DNA of 64,000 bases from an uncultured Prevotella sp. (GTDB taxonomy: Bacteria; Bacteroidota; Bacteroidia; Bacteroidales; Bacteroidaceae). Each line of letters opens with the position of its first letter. Positions within the stretch are counted from its first letter, which is position 1. The translations under genes were made by a program, and so were the position numbers. Below the pieces are notes generated by a model. The model made no database searches. It was not told the origin of the DNA and saw only the letters and a list, made by a program, of their open reading frames with translations. This document shows positions 40,082 to 51,500 of this stretch, piece by piece. Location of the stretch: contig OMVI01000040.1 in the NCBI GenBank assembly GCA_900314455.1, positions 3,821-67,820 of the forward strand, read 5' to 3'.

Positions 40082-41464
40082 CTATTTGTTCTCTACAGAT
40101 TTTTTTGCCTTTTCAAGTGCCCATCTTTCTTCTTCCTTAAGTCCAAGTATCTTGCAACACTTTGCCAAATACTCGAATCCAAGCGGGTCGATTTCTTTCT
40201 TTGATTCGGTAACAAGACCATGTAAGATGTTATAAGAATATCTTACATATCCGCATTCGAAGGCCGACGCAGCTATCTTTATATAAATATCGTTTGACTC
40301 ATTCGAGTCTATAATAGCCTGTCCAAACCAGTCGATGGCGTTGCCAATGTCCTCTTGCTCGAGGTACAACAGACCATGTGCACAGTCCAAATCGGCAAGG
40401 CTCTTGCTAAGTTGCTCGCAATCGTCGATAAGATATATCTTATAGACATCTTCCAACTTGTCAAGGTATTGGTGAGCTAGGTCATAGTGCCCAAGCACAT
40501 CTTCTATATAAGAAAGGTGGTAATACGTGTCCGCTCTGTTCTGCCATGAATACGCAACATCGTGCAAATTAGCTTTCAAAGCTTTCAGAAGACTTTGCTC
40601 TGCCTCCTGAAATCTGTTCTGAGCTATTTGAGTCACCCCAAGCATAAGATAGCCGATGTCCTTTTTCGGTACTAACTTTATATAGTTGGCAAATTGCTTT
40701 GCAGCCCCGCTATAGTTGCCGAGGTTGTACATACTGTTGCCTTTATTGAAGATGGCGGCGCTGTCATCAGGGTTGATGGCTATGGCGTAGTCGCATGCGG
40801 TGATACAATTTTCAAAGTTGCCGGAAAGGAATTTAGCCTTGATAATTACGTCCCAGTAGTCAGAGGAATATGGGTCGTTGTCAAGGAGTTCATTTATAAT
40901 CTTCTCACCGGCATCGTACTGTTCTTTGCTGATTAGTATTTCTGCATTGACATATTTATAATCGTTCTCTTCAACTTCGTCAGAACGCTTAAGCCACTTT
41001 GCAGAAAGGTCCCACTCTTCGTAGTCGGCGAAAAGCAGCGCCACATCTAGAGGCATGTCGTCATGCTCGTCGTAGTCTGCTGTTTGGGAGTAAACGTCTT
41101 CGAGATAACGGTCTGCGTCGTCCGAGCGGTTACCGAATATCATTATTTCTGCCTTCAACAAGACATAGTCCGGGTCGGTTTTGTCGTCTATGGCCTCAGC
41201 AAACTCATCTGCTTTGGCAGGGTCATTATTAACAAATAATGCATATCTGGCGCGGAATGCCAGTGGACCGACACTCCCCGGATATAGTTCCAAAGCCACA
41301 TTTATGGCCTGCAAAGACTTGTCTGACTCCTTTAACTCATAGAAATATTGGGCTATCTCACACAAGTCATCAGTATCAAGAGAGCCTAAAGAACCACTTT
41401 CGAGAAAGTCCTCATATCCTTTAAGCTTGCTCTTGAACTTTTCTGATTTGTAATATTTGTCCAT
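40082..41464 (-). CDS. Tetratricopeptide-repeat protein
   Basis: Acidic helical repeats such as CDYAIAINPDDSAAIFNKGNSMYNLGNY. Confidence 0.8.
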   Translation of the reverse strand: MDKYYKSEKFKSKLKGYEDFLESGSLGSLDTDDLCEIAQYFYELKESDKSLQAINVALELYPGSVGPLAFRARYALFVNNDPAKADEFAEAIDDKTDPDYVLLKAEIMIFGNRSDDADRYLEDVYSQTADYDEHDDMPLDVALLFADYEEWDLSAKWLKRSDEVEENDYKYVNAEILISKEQYDAGEKIINELLDNDPYSSDYWDVIIKAKFLSGNFENCITACDYAIAINPDDSAAIFNKGNSMYNLGNYSGAAKQFANYIKLVPKKDIGYLMLGVTQIAQNRFQEAEQSLLKALKANLHDVAYSWQNRADTYYHLSYIEDVLGHYDLAHQYLDKLEDVYKIYLIDDCEQLSKSLADLDCAHGLLYLEQEDIGNAIDWFGQAIIDSNESNDIYIKIAASAFECGYVRYSYNILHGLVTESKKEIDPLGFEYLAKCCKILGLKEEERWALEKAKKSVENK

Positions 41465-41501
41465 CAATATTCTTTGTTTCCTTTCGGAGACCTAGTAAAA
41501 A

Positions 41502-43208
41502 CTATTTCTTCTTCCAGCTGTCCTTAAGTCCAACAGTCTTGTTGAATACCAAGTGGTCTGCGGTGCTGTCCGGATCCATCATGAAATAGCCGATACGCTG
41601 GAACTGTAGGTAATCGCCAGGCTTCTTTTCCTTCAGATAATCCTCTACATAGCAGTTTGTCCTTACCTTGAGGCTGTCAGGGTTAAGCAGCTCACGGAAG
41701 TCACGTTCGTCAGCTGATGGGTTCTCAACATTGAACAGACGGTCGTACTCACGAACCTCAGCCTTCACGCAGTCATCAGCAGAAACCCAGTGCAGCGTAC
41801 CTTTGACACGACGGTTTGCGCCCGGCATACCGCTCTTGCTCTCCGGGTCATACTCTGCTTGAATCTCTGTTATGTTGCCATCAGCATCCTTGGTGCATCC
41901 CGTACATTTTACTATATAAGCATTCTTGAGACGGACCTCCTTGCCTGGGGTCATGCGGAAGAATTTCTTTGGAGCGTCTTCCATGAAGTCGGCACGCTCT
42001 ATCCACAGATTCTTTGTGAACGCAATGGTATGCTCTCCAGCAGTCTCATCCTCAGGATTGTTAATTGCCGTCATGTATTCCTTCTTGTCGTCAGGATAGT
42101 TTGTGATGACAAGTTTTACAGGGTCAACGACTGCGCTGACACGTGTGGCACGCTTGTTCAAATCCTCACGTACCGCAGCTTCCAACAATGCGACATCGTT
42201 CAATGCGTCAAACTTCGTATAACCGATAGAGTCTATGAACATACGGATGCTCTCCGGCGAGTAGCCACGACGACGCATGCCACACAAAGTCGGCATTCGT
42301 GGGTCATCCCAACCATTTACCAGACCTTCGTCAACTAAGGTATGAAGCTTGCGCTTCGACATTACAGTGTATGTAAGGTTCAGACGGTTGAACTCAATCT
42401 GGCGTGGACGGTTGTCGTCAAGACCATCTTTTGCAGTACCGTCCATTTCCTTCAGATAGTCAATGAACTTATTGTACAGCGGGCGGTGAGGAACGAACTC
42501 AAGCGTACAGATGGAGTGTGTCACTCCTTCAAAGTAGTCGCTCTGTCCGTGAGCGAAGTCGTACATTGGATAACAATGCCACTTCGTTCCCGTACGATGG
42601 TGCGGAGTCTGGATTATACGATATATAACCGGGTCGCGGAAGTGCATATTCGGGTTCGCCATATCGAGCTTTGCGCGAAGTACCATACTTCCTTCCACAG
42701 CTTCCGGAGTATTCATGTGTTGGAAAAGTCTCAGATTTTCCTCTACAGGACGGTCACGATACGGACTTGCAACACCTGGTTCTGTCGGTGTGCCTTTCTG
42801 CTCGGCAATCTGCTCTGAGGTCTGCTCGTCGACATAAGCATGTCCGTTCTTAATCATCCAAATAGCGAAGTCCCACAACTTGTCGAAGTAGTCGCTTGCA
42901 TAATAGATGTGTCCCCACTTGAATCCCAGCCAGCTAATGTCGTTAAGGATATTCTCGACATATTCTGTATTTTCCTTTGAAGGATTCGTATCGTCAAAAC
43001 GAAGGTTGCAAACGCCGTTGTAGTGTTCGGCAACACCAAAGTCCATGCAGATGGCTTTGGCATGACCAATGTGCAAGTATCCATTCGGCTCTGGCGGGAA
43101 ACGTGTCTGAATGCGGCCTCCGTTCTTTCCGTCCGCCAAGTCTTCCTCTACTATCTGCTCTACAAAGCTGAGTGATTTCTTACTTTTGTCTAACTTTTCC
43201 TCTGACAT
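41502..43208 (-). CDS. glnS: Glutamine--tRNA ligase
   Basis: TRFPPEPNGYLHIGH, MSKRKL, WDDPRMPT and QFQRIGYF. -7 box at 43237-43244. Confidence 0.97.
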   Translation of the reverse strand: MSEEKLDKSKKSLSFVEQIVEEDLADGKNGGRIQTRFPPEPNGYLHIGHAKAICMDFGVAEHYNGVCNLRFDDTNPSKENTEYVENILNDISWLGFKWGHIYYASDYFDKLWDFAIWMIKNGHAYVDEQTSEQIAEQKGTPTEPGVASPYRDRPVEENLRLFQHMNTPEAVEGSMVLRAKLDMANPNMHFRDPVIYRIIQTPHHRTGTKWHCYPMYDFAHGQSDYFEGVTHSICTLEFVPHRPLYNKFIDYLKEMDGTAKDGLDDNRPRQIEFNRLNLTYTVMSKRKLHTLVDEGLVNGWDDPRMPTLCGMRRRGYSPESIRMFIDSIGYTKFDALNDVALLEAAVREDLNKRATRVSAVVDPVKLVITNYPDDKKEYMTAINNPEDETAGEHTIAFTKNLWIERADFMEDAPKKFFRMTPGKEVRLKNAYIVKCTGCTKDADGNITEIQAEYDPESKSGMPGANRRVKGTLHWVSADDCVKAEVREYDRLFNVENPSADERDFRELLNPDSLKVRTNCYVEDYLKEKKPGDYLQFQRIGYFMMDPDSTADHLVFNKTVGLKDSWKKK

Positions 43209-43393
43209 AATTTAATCTGATAAATGTTCGTAAGTGCAAAGTTAGTGTAAAAATCTGATTAAGCAAAAGATTATATTTTTATTTTGCCCATTTTATCATT
43301 ATTATAATTATTTTCCTTGCAATCATTTTGACTTTCGACTTTTTAGTAGTACATTTGCAAACAATTTACAGTTAGAGATTAATTTGAATAAAA

Positions 43394-44278
43394 ATGGAAA
43401 ATATATTTCACGGACTTGGTATCGCGCTCATTACTCCTATGCGTGGGAAAGGTGAAGTTGACTATGATGCCCTTGAAAGGCTTGTAGAATATCAGATAGA
43501 AAATGGTGCTGACTTCCTTTGCATATTGGCAACGACGGGTGAAGCTCCTTGCCTCACTCCGGAGGAAAAGGACAAGATAACCGAGACTATAAAGAAAGTC
43601 AATAAAGGCCGGATTCCTATATTAAAGTATTGTGGCGGAAACAATACGAAGGCTGTTGTCGACGAGATAAAGTCAACTAATTGGACTGGCATAGATGGCA
43701 TTCTGAGTATTTGCCCATACTATAACAAGCCGTCGCAAGAGGGCTTATACCAGCATTTCCGTGAGATAGCTAAGGCAAGTCCACTGCCGGTTGTAATGTA
43801 TAATGTCCCTGGTCGCACGGGCGTTAACATGAAGGCAGCGACAACAGTACGCATTGCGAAAGACTTTCCGAATGTCGTTGCCATTAAGGAAGCTTCCGGT
43901 TCATTGGAGCAGATTGATGAAATCATAAAGAACAAGCCCGACAACTTTGAGGTTATTTCTGGTGATGATGCTCTTACTTTCTCAATGATTGCCAGCGGAG
44001 CAGTAGGCGTTATCTCTGTCATCGGCAATGCATTACCAAAGGAATTCTCAAAGATGATACGCCTCGAGTTGAACAATGAGTTCGAGGCAGCTCTGAAGAT
44101 ACATCATAAGTTTACGGAATTGTACAAGCTTCTCTTTGTCGATGGAAATCCGTCAGGTGTAAAAGCGCTGTTGAACGATATGGGAATGATAGAGAATGTA
44201 CTACGTCTTCCGCTTGTTCCAACGACTATTGAGACCCGTCAGAAGATGGATGAAATCATAAAGAAGATACGTGAATAA
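43394..44278 (+). CDS. dapA: 4-hydroxy-tetrahydrodipicolinate synthase
   Basis: ATTGE, PYYNKP, YNVPGRT, AIKEASG and SGDD. -7 box at 43350-43357. Confidence 0.95.
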   Translation: MENIFHGLGIALITPMRGKGEVDYDALERLVEYQIENGADFLCILATTGEAPCLTPEEKDKITETIKKVNKGRIPILKYCGGNNTKAVVDEIKSTNWTGIDGILSICPYYNKPSQEGLYQHFREIAKASPLPVVMYNVPGRTGVNMKAATTVRIAKDFPNVVAIKEASGSLEQIDEIIKNKPDNFEVISGDDALTFSMIASGAVGVISVIGNALPKEFSKMIRLELNNEFEAALKIHHKFTELYKLLFVDGNPSGVKALLNDMGMIENVLRLPLVPTTIETRQKMDEIIKKIRE

Positions 44279-44334
44279 TATCTTTTAATGGCTATCTGCA
44301 AACGACCAAACTGATACAGAAATAGTAAATAAAG

Positions 44335-44480
44335 TTTACAGCAAGACGGAAGCTAACGTATTAGCTCGCAAAAGCTGACTTTTCGCAACGCAAAAGGTCA
44401 GCTTTTGTCGTTTAAAACCTAAGCTTTTGGAAGCTCAAAGTTGCCCTTTTGCAGCGGCATTGATAATCAACAGGATACGG
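44335..44480 (-). repeat. Dispersed 'IHF-like head + 5 x 22-bp' element, copy C
   Basis: Minus strand: head CGTATCCTGTTGATTATCA from 44479, units from 44452, 44430, 44408, 44386 and 44364, tail GCTGTAAA from 44342. Confidence 0.85.
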
Positions 44481-44576
44481 GGGCGAAAGTACTAATAAGC
44501 GAAAAGGAAAAATCCTGACATTGTAAGCATCATAGTCTTGCATTACTTCGTTCGTTACCTTTATCGTATTTAGTTA

Positions 44577-44764
44577 CATCCGACATTTAGAGTGATAGCT
44601 AACACATGCAGCAATAACCTCGAGAGGTTAAATATCGGTTACCCCACATAAGCGATGTCACATAACCCCAGGCTGCGGTCGTTGCACTCCCTTGCCAGGG
44701 GTTATCGAGAATTAAACTTCTTCGAAGTTAGTGGATGCCATCACTCCGAATGTCGGATGAACCA
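44577..44764. repeat. REP/REPIN-like nested-hairpin element, short (internally deleted) copy
   Basis: Outer IR 44577-44599 / 44737-44759, palindromes AACCTCGAGAGGTT and AACTTCTTCGAAGTT. Closely matches both ends of 56837-57155. Confidence 0.8.
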
Positions 44765-44790
44765 TATTTTATCGCTATGGCAGTCTAATA

Positions 44791-44840
44791 AAAATAAAAA
44801 CATCCATTGCAGGACTACCTCTTGTGTCTGCAATGGATGT
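44791..44840 (-). terminator. Terminator of the flavodoxin gene
   Basis: ACATCCATTGCAG/CTGCAATGGATGT stem with an A-rich tract on its left. Confidence 0.7.
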
Positions 44841-44877
44841 ATCGTCTGAATCTATGACTTAACTTTGCCTCCTTAAC

Positions 44878-45465
44878 TTACTTCTCGCTTTCCTCTATCC
44901 AAGCCTTCAGCTCGCTATCGGACTTGCTGTTAAGGCGTACAGCAGGTTTCCAGTTGACCTCATAGTTTATAGACTTGTGGAGGTGCTCGTCAGTCTTGCC
45001 GCGTCCACTGCTGTATGAAGTGAAGAAAGGAACAATAGTCTTTCCTTTGAAATCCTGTGTCTCAAAGAACGTGTTTATGATGTTTGGCTCGATGTACCAC
45101 CATATTGGGAAACCGAGGAACGCCACATCATAGTCCTTAAGGTTATCAACCTTCTTTGCGATTGCAGGCCGGCTGTCCGGATTAGTCTTCATTTCCTGAT
45201 TCACACGGCTATTGTCGTTTGTCCAATCAACATCTGCATCAGTGTATGGCTGTGCTGCCTGAATTTCAAAAAGGTTAGCACCAGCAATCTTTGCTATTCT
45301 TTCCGCGTAGCCCTTAGTCGTTCCCGAGAATGAGAAGTAGGCTACTAAGACCTTCTTTGCATTGTTGTTATTACTTTCCATATTATTTTCCTTCGCTTTT
45401 ACATTGCAGCCTACGAATACAAGTAGAGCCGCTAAGACAGTTAAAAATTTATTCATCGTTTTCAT
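44878..45465 (-). CDS. Flavodoxin-like protein with a lipoprotein signal
   Basis: VAYFSFSGTT, LGFPIWW, PFFTSYSSG and lipobox VFVG-C. -7 box at 45497-45504. Confidence 0.85.
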   Translation of the reverse strand: MKTMNKFLTVLAALLVFVGCNVKAKENNMESNNNNAKKVLVAYFSFSGTTKGYAERIAKIAGANLFEIQAAQPYTDADVDWTNDNSRVNQEMKTNPDSRPAIAKKVDNLKDYDVAFLGFPIWWYIEPNIINTFFETQDFKGKTIVPFFTSYSSGRGKTDEHLHKSINYEVNWKPAVRLNSKSDSELKAWIEESEK

Positions 45466-45697
45466 ACTATATATTTATTCATCTTATTAACGGTTGCAAA
45501 GTTACGGCAAAATCCATTTGGTTCCTTTATAAAAATAACTGCTTTATGTATCCTTTTTACAGAAAAAGAATAGAATTTATTATGCCTTATTGGCAATAAT
45601 AAATTATGTTTTCACGTTATTTACTTTGTAGATTGGCATAAAGTCAGTATCTTTGTATGAAATTAAAGAAGTCAACAGAACCTAACAACAAAGTAAA

Positions 45698-47011
45698 ATG
45701 AATCTGAAAGCAAGACTTATCGTAATGAATTTCCTCGAGTTCGCCGCTTGGGGAGCTTATTTGACATGCATGGGCAACTACCTGGCAAAGTCTGGTATGG
45801 GACCGCAAATATCCTGGTTTTATGCAATCCAGGGTATCGTTTCTATTTTTATGCCTACGCTCGTAGGCATCGTGGCCGACAAGTGGATACAGCCTCAACG
45901 CTTGCTGGGCCTTTGTCATCTGTTGGCAGGCATCTTTATGCTGGCTCTTTGTGGCTATGGCTATTCTGTCGGGTTAGGAAACGAAATACCGAACAAGGCC
46001 CTTTTCATCGGATTATACACGCTCAGCGTAGCCTTCTATATGCCAACCGTAGCCCTTTCCAATACAACAGCATTCACGTTGCTTAAGAAGCATGGGCTAA
46101 GCACTGTTACGGACTTTCCTCCTATACGTGTTTTCGGTACTGTCGGCTTCATTCTTACGATGGTCTTCGTCAACTGTGCGGCATACGATGGTAACGGCTT
46201 CAGCTTCACTTTCTCACAAAACGATTTCAAATTCCAGTACACTTATATGCAGTTCTTCGTCTCAGGACTGCTTAGCATTTTCTTGTTCCTTTATTCTTTC
46301 ACTCTACCGGAGTGCAAGTTGGAAAAGAAACCGGCGCAATCAATATCCCAGCGTTTAGGACTCGATGCCTTTAAACTTTTCAAGACAAGAAGAATGGCTT
46401 TGTTCTTCATATTCTCTGCTCTGCTCGGAATGTCACTTCAGGTGACCAATGGCTATGCCGGACCTTTCATTACGAGCTTCAAGGCAAGCGCAGACGCTCT
46501 TGTTGCCAACTCGTTTGCAGCCAATAATGCTACGTTGCTGACATCAATATCACAGGTTAGTGAGGCTGTTTGCATTCTTATGATACCATTCTTTATGAAG
46601 CGTTACGGCATCAAGATAGTCATGCTGATTGCTATGGCGGCATGGGTTCTTCGCTTTGGACTTTTCGGAATTGGTAGCCCAACAATGCCGGGAGTTCTGC
46701 TGTTCATCTTTTCCTGTGTTGTTTATGGAGTCGCTTTCGACTTCTTTAATGTATCCGGAGGCATATTCGTCGACCAGGAATGTGACCCGAGCATCAAGGC
46801 GTCGGCACAGGGCATGTTCATGCTTATGACCAATGGTTTAGGCGCAACTATAGGAACGCTTTCTGCCGGAGCTGTTGTCAATCATTTCTGCACCAACGAA
46901 GGAGGCTATATCGTTGGCAACTGGCAGGCTTGCTGGTTCATATTCGCAGCTTATGCCCTCGTTGTCTTCCTCGCATTCGCATTCATGTTTAAGCCGAAGA
47001 AGGTCGAGTGA
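45698..47011 (+). CDS. MFS nucleoside:H+ symporter (NupG-like)
   Basis: MNFLEFAAWGAY, FPPIRVFGTVGF, SQVSE and YGVAFDFF. -7 box at 45648-45655. Confidence 0.88.
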   Translation: MNLKARLIVMNFLEFAAWGAYLTCMGNYLAKSGMGPQISWFYAIQGIVSIFMPTLVGIVADKWIQPQRLLGLCHLLAGIFMLALCGYGYSVGLGNEIPNKALFIGLYTLSVAFYMPTVALSNTTAFTLLKKHGLSTVTDFPPIRVFGTVGFILTMVFVNCAAYDGNGFSFTFSQNDFKFQYTYMQFFVSGLLSIFLFLYSFTLPECKLEKKPAQSISQRLGLDAFKLFKTRRMALFFIFSALLGMSLQVTNGYAGPFITSFKASADALVANSFAANNATLLTSISQVSEAVCILMIPFFMKRYGIKIVMLIAMAAWVLRFGLFGIGSPTMPGVLLFIFSCVVYGVAFDFFNVSGGIFVDQECDPSIKASAQGMFMLMTNGLGATIGTLSAGAVVNHFCTNEGGYIVGNWQACWFIFAAYALVVFLAFAFMFKPKKVE

Positions 47012-47093
47012 TAATCGTCGTGGCAACTCTTTAGCATTAGAAAAGTAAATAATACATCCACCAAACAAGAATAACAGTAGGAGAAAATAGATT

Positions 47094-47645
47094 TTGAGAA
47101 AGATAAAACTGATATTCCAAGGCATTTCGGAGATAATTGAAGGTCCCGAGCTTGCAATAATCATACTTACTGATGAAGCTAAAGAACGACAACTGTCCAT
47201 AGTCTGCGACAAGCACATGGAATACCAGTTCGGCTTGAGAATGAGCAAGACTGCATTGAAAACAGAGCGCTTGCTTCCGGAAGTTCTTACCAATGTAGTT
47301 AAGAATCAGGGAGGCATGCGCTTCGAAATCCTTATCAGCGATGTCATAGACGGAGAGTATCGATGCATGCTTGTCAACGAAACGACATTCGAATCGCTGC
47401 CGATGCGTGCCAGCGATGCCATCCTTTTCGCCAACATAAGCAACTCGCCGATATATATCGAGTACAACCTTATGATGCGTCAGAGCGTCCGCTACAGTGC
47501 CAATCCAAACGGAATGGCTCTGCCGATAAACTCGCTGAGCGACGAAATGCTGCGTCAGGCTCTTGACAAAGCTGTCGCCGATGAGAACTACGAGCTTGCT
47601 TCAAACCTCAGGGACGAAATGAACCGCCGCAAAGAACGCCAGTAA
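47094..47645 (+). CDS. Bifunctional nuclease (DUF151) family protein with a C-terminal UVR domain
   Basis: TTG start, MRASDAI, and C-terminal ALDKAVADENYELASNLRDE. Confidence 0.8.
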   Translation: MRKIKLIFQGISEIIEGPELAIIILTDEAKERQLSIVCDKHMEYQFGLRMSKTALKTERLLPEVLTNVVKNQGGMRFEILISDVIDGEYRCMLVNETTFESLPMRASDAILFANISNSPIYIEYNLMMRQSVRYSANPNGMALPINSLSDEMLRQALDKAVADENYELASNLRDEMNRRKERQ

Positions 47646-47657
47646 TCAACTCACCTT

Positions 47658-48383
47658 ATGAAAGAAGAGCACTTTTTCTATGTTCCCAATGCCGACAAGG
47701 CAGAGCAACTTCCGGAGGAAGAAGCAAAGCATGCCATAAGGGTATTGAGACTTAACAGTGATGACAAAATATACCTTCAGGACGGACAAGGAACGTTCTA
47801 CCATGCCGAAGTGACAATGACGGACAAGAAGCATTGCTTTTATAATATTCTTGAAGCTATGCCTCAGGAAAAGTCATGGAAAGGTCACATCCACCTTGCG
47901 ATTGCCCCTACAAAGATGATGGAACGCATGGAGTGGATGGTTGAAAAAGCTACTGAGGTCGGCTTTGATGAGATAAGCTTCCTAAACTGCAAATTCTCTG
48001 AGCGCAAGACTATCCGCAAGGACCGCATTGAGCGCATTGTTGTTTCGGCATTCAAGCAAAGTCGTAAGCCTTGGATGCCTATTGTGAACGAAATGACTTC
48101 ATTCGATGATTTCATATCCCAGAAGCGCAGAGGCCTTAAATATATCTGTCACTGTTATAACGAAATACCTAAATCAGACTTCTTCAACGACATTACCAAT
48201 ATTACTGATGCTGAAGATATTACTGTTCTCGTTGGTCCGGAGGGCGACTTCTCTATCGACGAGGTCCGTCTTGCTTTGCAGCAAGGCTATAAATCCGTAA
48301 CTCTTGGAGACAGTCGCCTTCGTACTGAGACGGCGGGGCTTGCCGCTGTCATGATGAGCCAGCTCGCTCGGCGTAAGGATTAA
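47658..48383 (+). CDS. rsmE: 16S rRNA m3U1498 methyltransferase
   Basis: Motifs HAIRVLR, EKATEVG, VGPEGDF and LRTETAG. Confidence 0.95.
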   Translation: MKEEHFFYVPNADKAEQLPEEEAKHAIRVLRLNSDDKIYLQDGQGTFYHAEVTMTDKKHCFYNILEAMPQEKSWKGHIHLAIAPTKMMERMEWMVEKATEVGFDEISFLNCKFSERKTIRKDRIERIVVSAFKQSRKPWMPIVNEMTSFDDFISQKRRGLKYICHCYNEIPKSDFFNDITNITDAEDITVLVGPEGDFSIDEVRLALQQGYKSVTLGDSRLRTETAGLAAVMMSQLARRKD

Positions 48384-48504
48384 TTACCTTTTGAACATTT
48401 TCTTATCTTTTTCTTGTTTCTGTAACATCTGTTTGAAATATTTTATATATATTTGCAGCAGAATTCAAAACATATCACACATTACTTTAAAATCAACCCT
48501 CATT

Positions 48505-51500
48505 ATGCAGAGAAAGCTACTCTTCTTGATGACATTATTCTTAATTATGGCATCATCAGTAATGGCCCAGGTCACCACTTCGGGCATCAGCGGCATTGTA
48601 ACATCAGACGGTGAGTCGGTCATTGGTGCTACAGTGACGGCAACACATCAGCCTTCGGGAACGGTCTACCGTGCGATTACAAATGTTGACGGTCGCTTCA
48701 CCATCCAAGGTATGCGTGTCGGCGGTCCTTACAAAGTAGAGATAACCTACATCGGAAACCAACCGAAAGTATTCAACAACGTCAATCTGCGCCTTGGAGA
48801 GACCGAGGACCTTTCCTGCACATTGCAAGAGAACTCGCGTGAGCTTCAGGAAGTCGTGGTAACCGGTAGTGCAGGACTTAACGCTACCAAAACTGGTGCT
48901 GCTCAAAGTCTGACAGCCCAGCAAATAAACGACATGCCGACGATAAGTCATAGCATTGCCGATGTAGCTCGTCTGAACCCTCAGCTGACCACAACGAACT
49001 CCGGTGTCATGTCCTTTGCTGGCACAAACAACCGTTACAATCAGCTTTTAATCGACGGAGCAGCCAACAATGATGTGTTCGGGCTTTCCAGTACAGGCTC
49101 TAACGGTGGTCAGGCAGGAACGCAGCCGGTATCGCTTGAGACTATTGAACAGATACAAGTGAACGTAGCACCTTTCGATGTGCGTCAGAGCGGCTTCACC
49201 GGCGGTTCTGTGAATGCCATCACCAAGAGTGGTACGAACCAGTTCCACGGCAGCGTTTACGGCTATGGCTACAACCAGAACCTTATGGGTCATCATTACA
49301 AGCTTGCCGATGGTTCAGGCTATGCTCCTAAATACAATAAGGAGAAAGACTACAACTGGGGCGTAACACTCGGCGGTCCTATCATTAAGGACAAGCTCTT
49401 CTTCTTCGCCAACTATGAGATGAACGACAAGTCATATCCTAACCTCTATGCTTACGGTTCTTCTGAGTCGCGTGTTGACATGGACAAGGCTTCCGACATC
49501 ATAGACAAAATCCATCAGATGGCTGACAGACAGGGCGTCAACTACCCCGGAACATTCTCTACTGAAGATATTTACACCAAGAGTCACAAGGCTGGAGTGA
49601 AGATAGACTGGAATATAAACGAGTTCAATAAGTTCACTCTTCGTTGGAGTCTTGTCAACGCAAAGCAGCTCAACAACGGTGGAAGCCGCAGCGCATTGAA
49701 TGACAATCTCTACAGCTATCCTTTCAAGAGCGTCACCAACTCTTTCATAGCTGAGTTGCAAAGCCGCATATCTCCGTCGTTAAGTAATGAGGCTCGTGCC
49801 AGCTACGTTCGTGTCCGCGATAAGCGTGATGTAGGTGCTGCATTCCCGAGCATCTCCATTGCAGGTGTCGGTGGCGGCACAGTGAACCTCGGTAATGAGC
49901 GTTCGTCTATGGCAAACTCTCTCGATCAGGACATCTGGACCATCGAGGACAACCTGACATGGTACAAAGGAAATCACACTTTCACCTTTGGTACACACAA
50001 CGAGATATACAACTTCTCGAACCTCTTTATTCAGGACTTATATGGAACTTACAGCTTCCAGACCTACGATGACTTCAACAGCTACTATAACGACTATATG
50101 GACGACGGCCAGTTGGACCCGACAAAGAGCTATCTGAACTACTATCGCTACGGACACGCCAACGTCAACGTAACCGGAGACCCACGTTGGGAGGCAAGTT
50201 TCGGTGCGGCACAGCTTGGTTTCTACGCTCAGGACAAGTGGAATGCTACTCCTAACTTCCAGCTCACCTACGGTCTGCGTATGGATATGCCAATCTTCTT
50301 CGACACACCGGCTGCCAACACCGAGTTCAATGAGTATGCCATTCAGCGTGGTTGGAACCTTAAGACCAACCAGAAACTTTCGAGCACTCCTCTGTGGAGC
50401 CCTCGTGTAGGCTTCCGTTGGGACATTAACGGTGACCGTCGCTTCATCCTTCGCGGTGGCGCGGGTATCTTCACCGGACGCATACCTTTCGTATGGATTT
50501 CCAACAACTTCTCGAATACGGGTATTCAGATGTCGCAGTACTATCTGAACAAGCCTAAAGGCATCAATGTTATCCTTGACCCGAACGGTCAGGAGGCTAA
50601 TGTCGCAGGTGCCGTTGCCGCTTCCGGCAACCAGACTGTCAACGTTTACGACAAGCATTTCAAGTTTGCTCAGAACTTGCGCTTCAACCTTGGCTTCGAC
50701 TTCAAGGCTCTCGGCATCGACTGGACGGCAGAGGCTTTATACTCGAAGACACTGAACGACATTCTCTATAAGAACCTCGCTGTTGATGAGACAGGCACAA
50801 CATTCGGTCAGCAGTATTATACCGGAACTGATATGGTTGCCGACAATCGCCCTATGTTTGAGAAAACAACTACGGGAACGCCGTTTAACAACATTTACGC
50901 ACTGTACAACACCAGCAAGGGATATACCGTTAACCTCTCCCTTAAGGCAGAGAAGCACTTCGATTTCGGACTCGACCTCATGGCAAGTTACACATGGACG
51001 AAGTCGAAGAGTGTCAACAATGGCGGTAGCTCTGTTGCCGAGAGTAACTGGCGTTACAACTACACGTACATCAATCCTAACAGCCCGGAGCTCGGAAACT
51101 CGGCCTACAACGTCCCTCACCGCATACAGGCAAGCGTTTACTACCATGTTCAGTACGGTGCACGGAAGCAGTGGCAGACCACCGTCGGTGTCATCTACAC
51201 AGCTAAGAGCGGTTCACCTTATACATTATATATATATGGTGACATGAACAATGATGGTGCAAGCGGTAACGACTTGTTGTTTATCCCGACCCGTGAGCAG
51301 GTCGAAAAGATGAACTTCGAGACTCCGGCAACATACAGTGTAAATAGCTTCATAACGAGCGCCATTGGTCCTGGAACCGAGGCTTGGGCTGCAAACGGAA
51401 ACGCATATCCAGAGAAACTCACTCCAGAGGTACAGCGCCAGCTCCTTAACGCATGGATTGACGGCGACTCATACCTTAGCAAGCATCGTGGTGAATACTA

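Noticed and set aside
44655-44849. 64-aa ORF
   Set aside because: It lies inside the REP-like element and a terminator and has no protein-like features.
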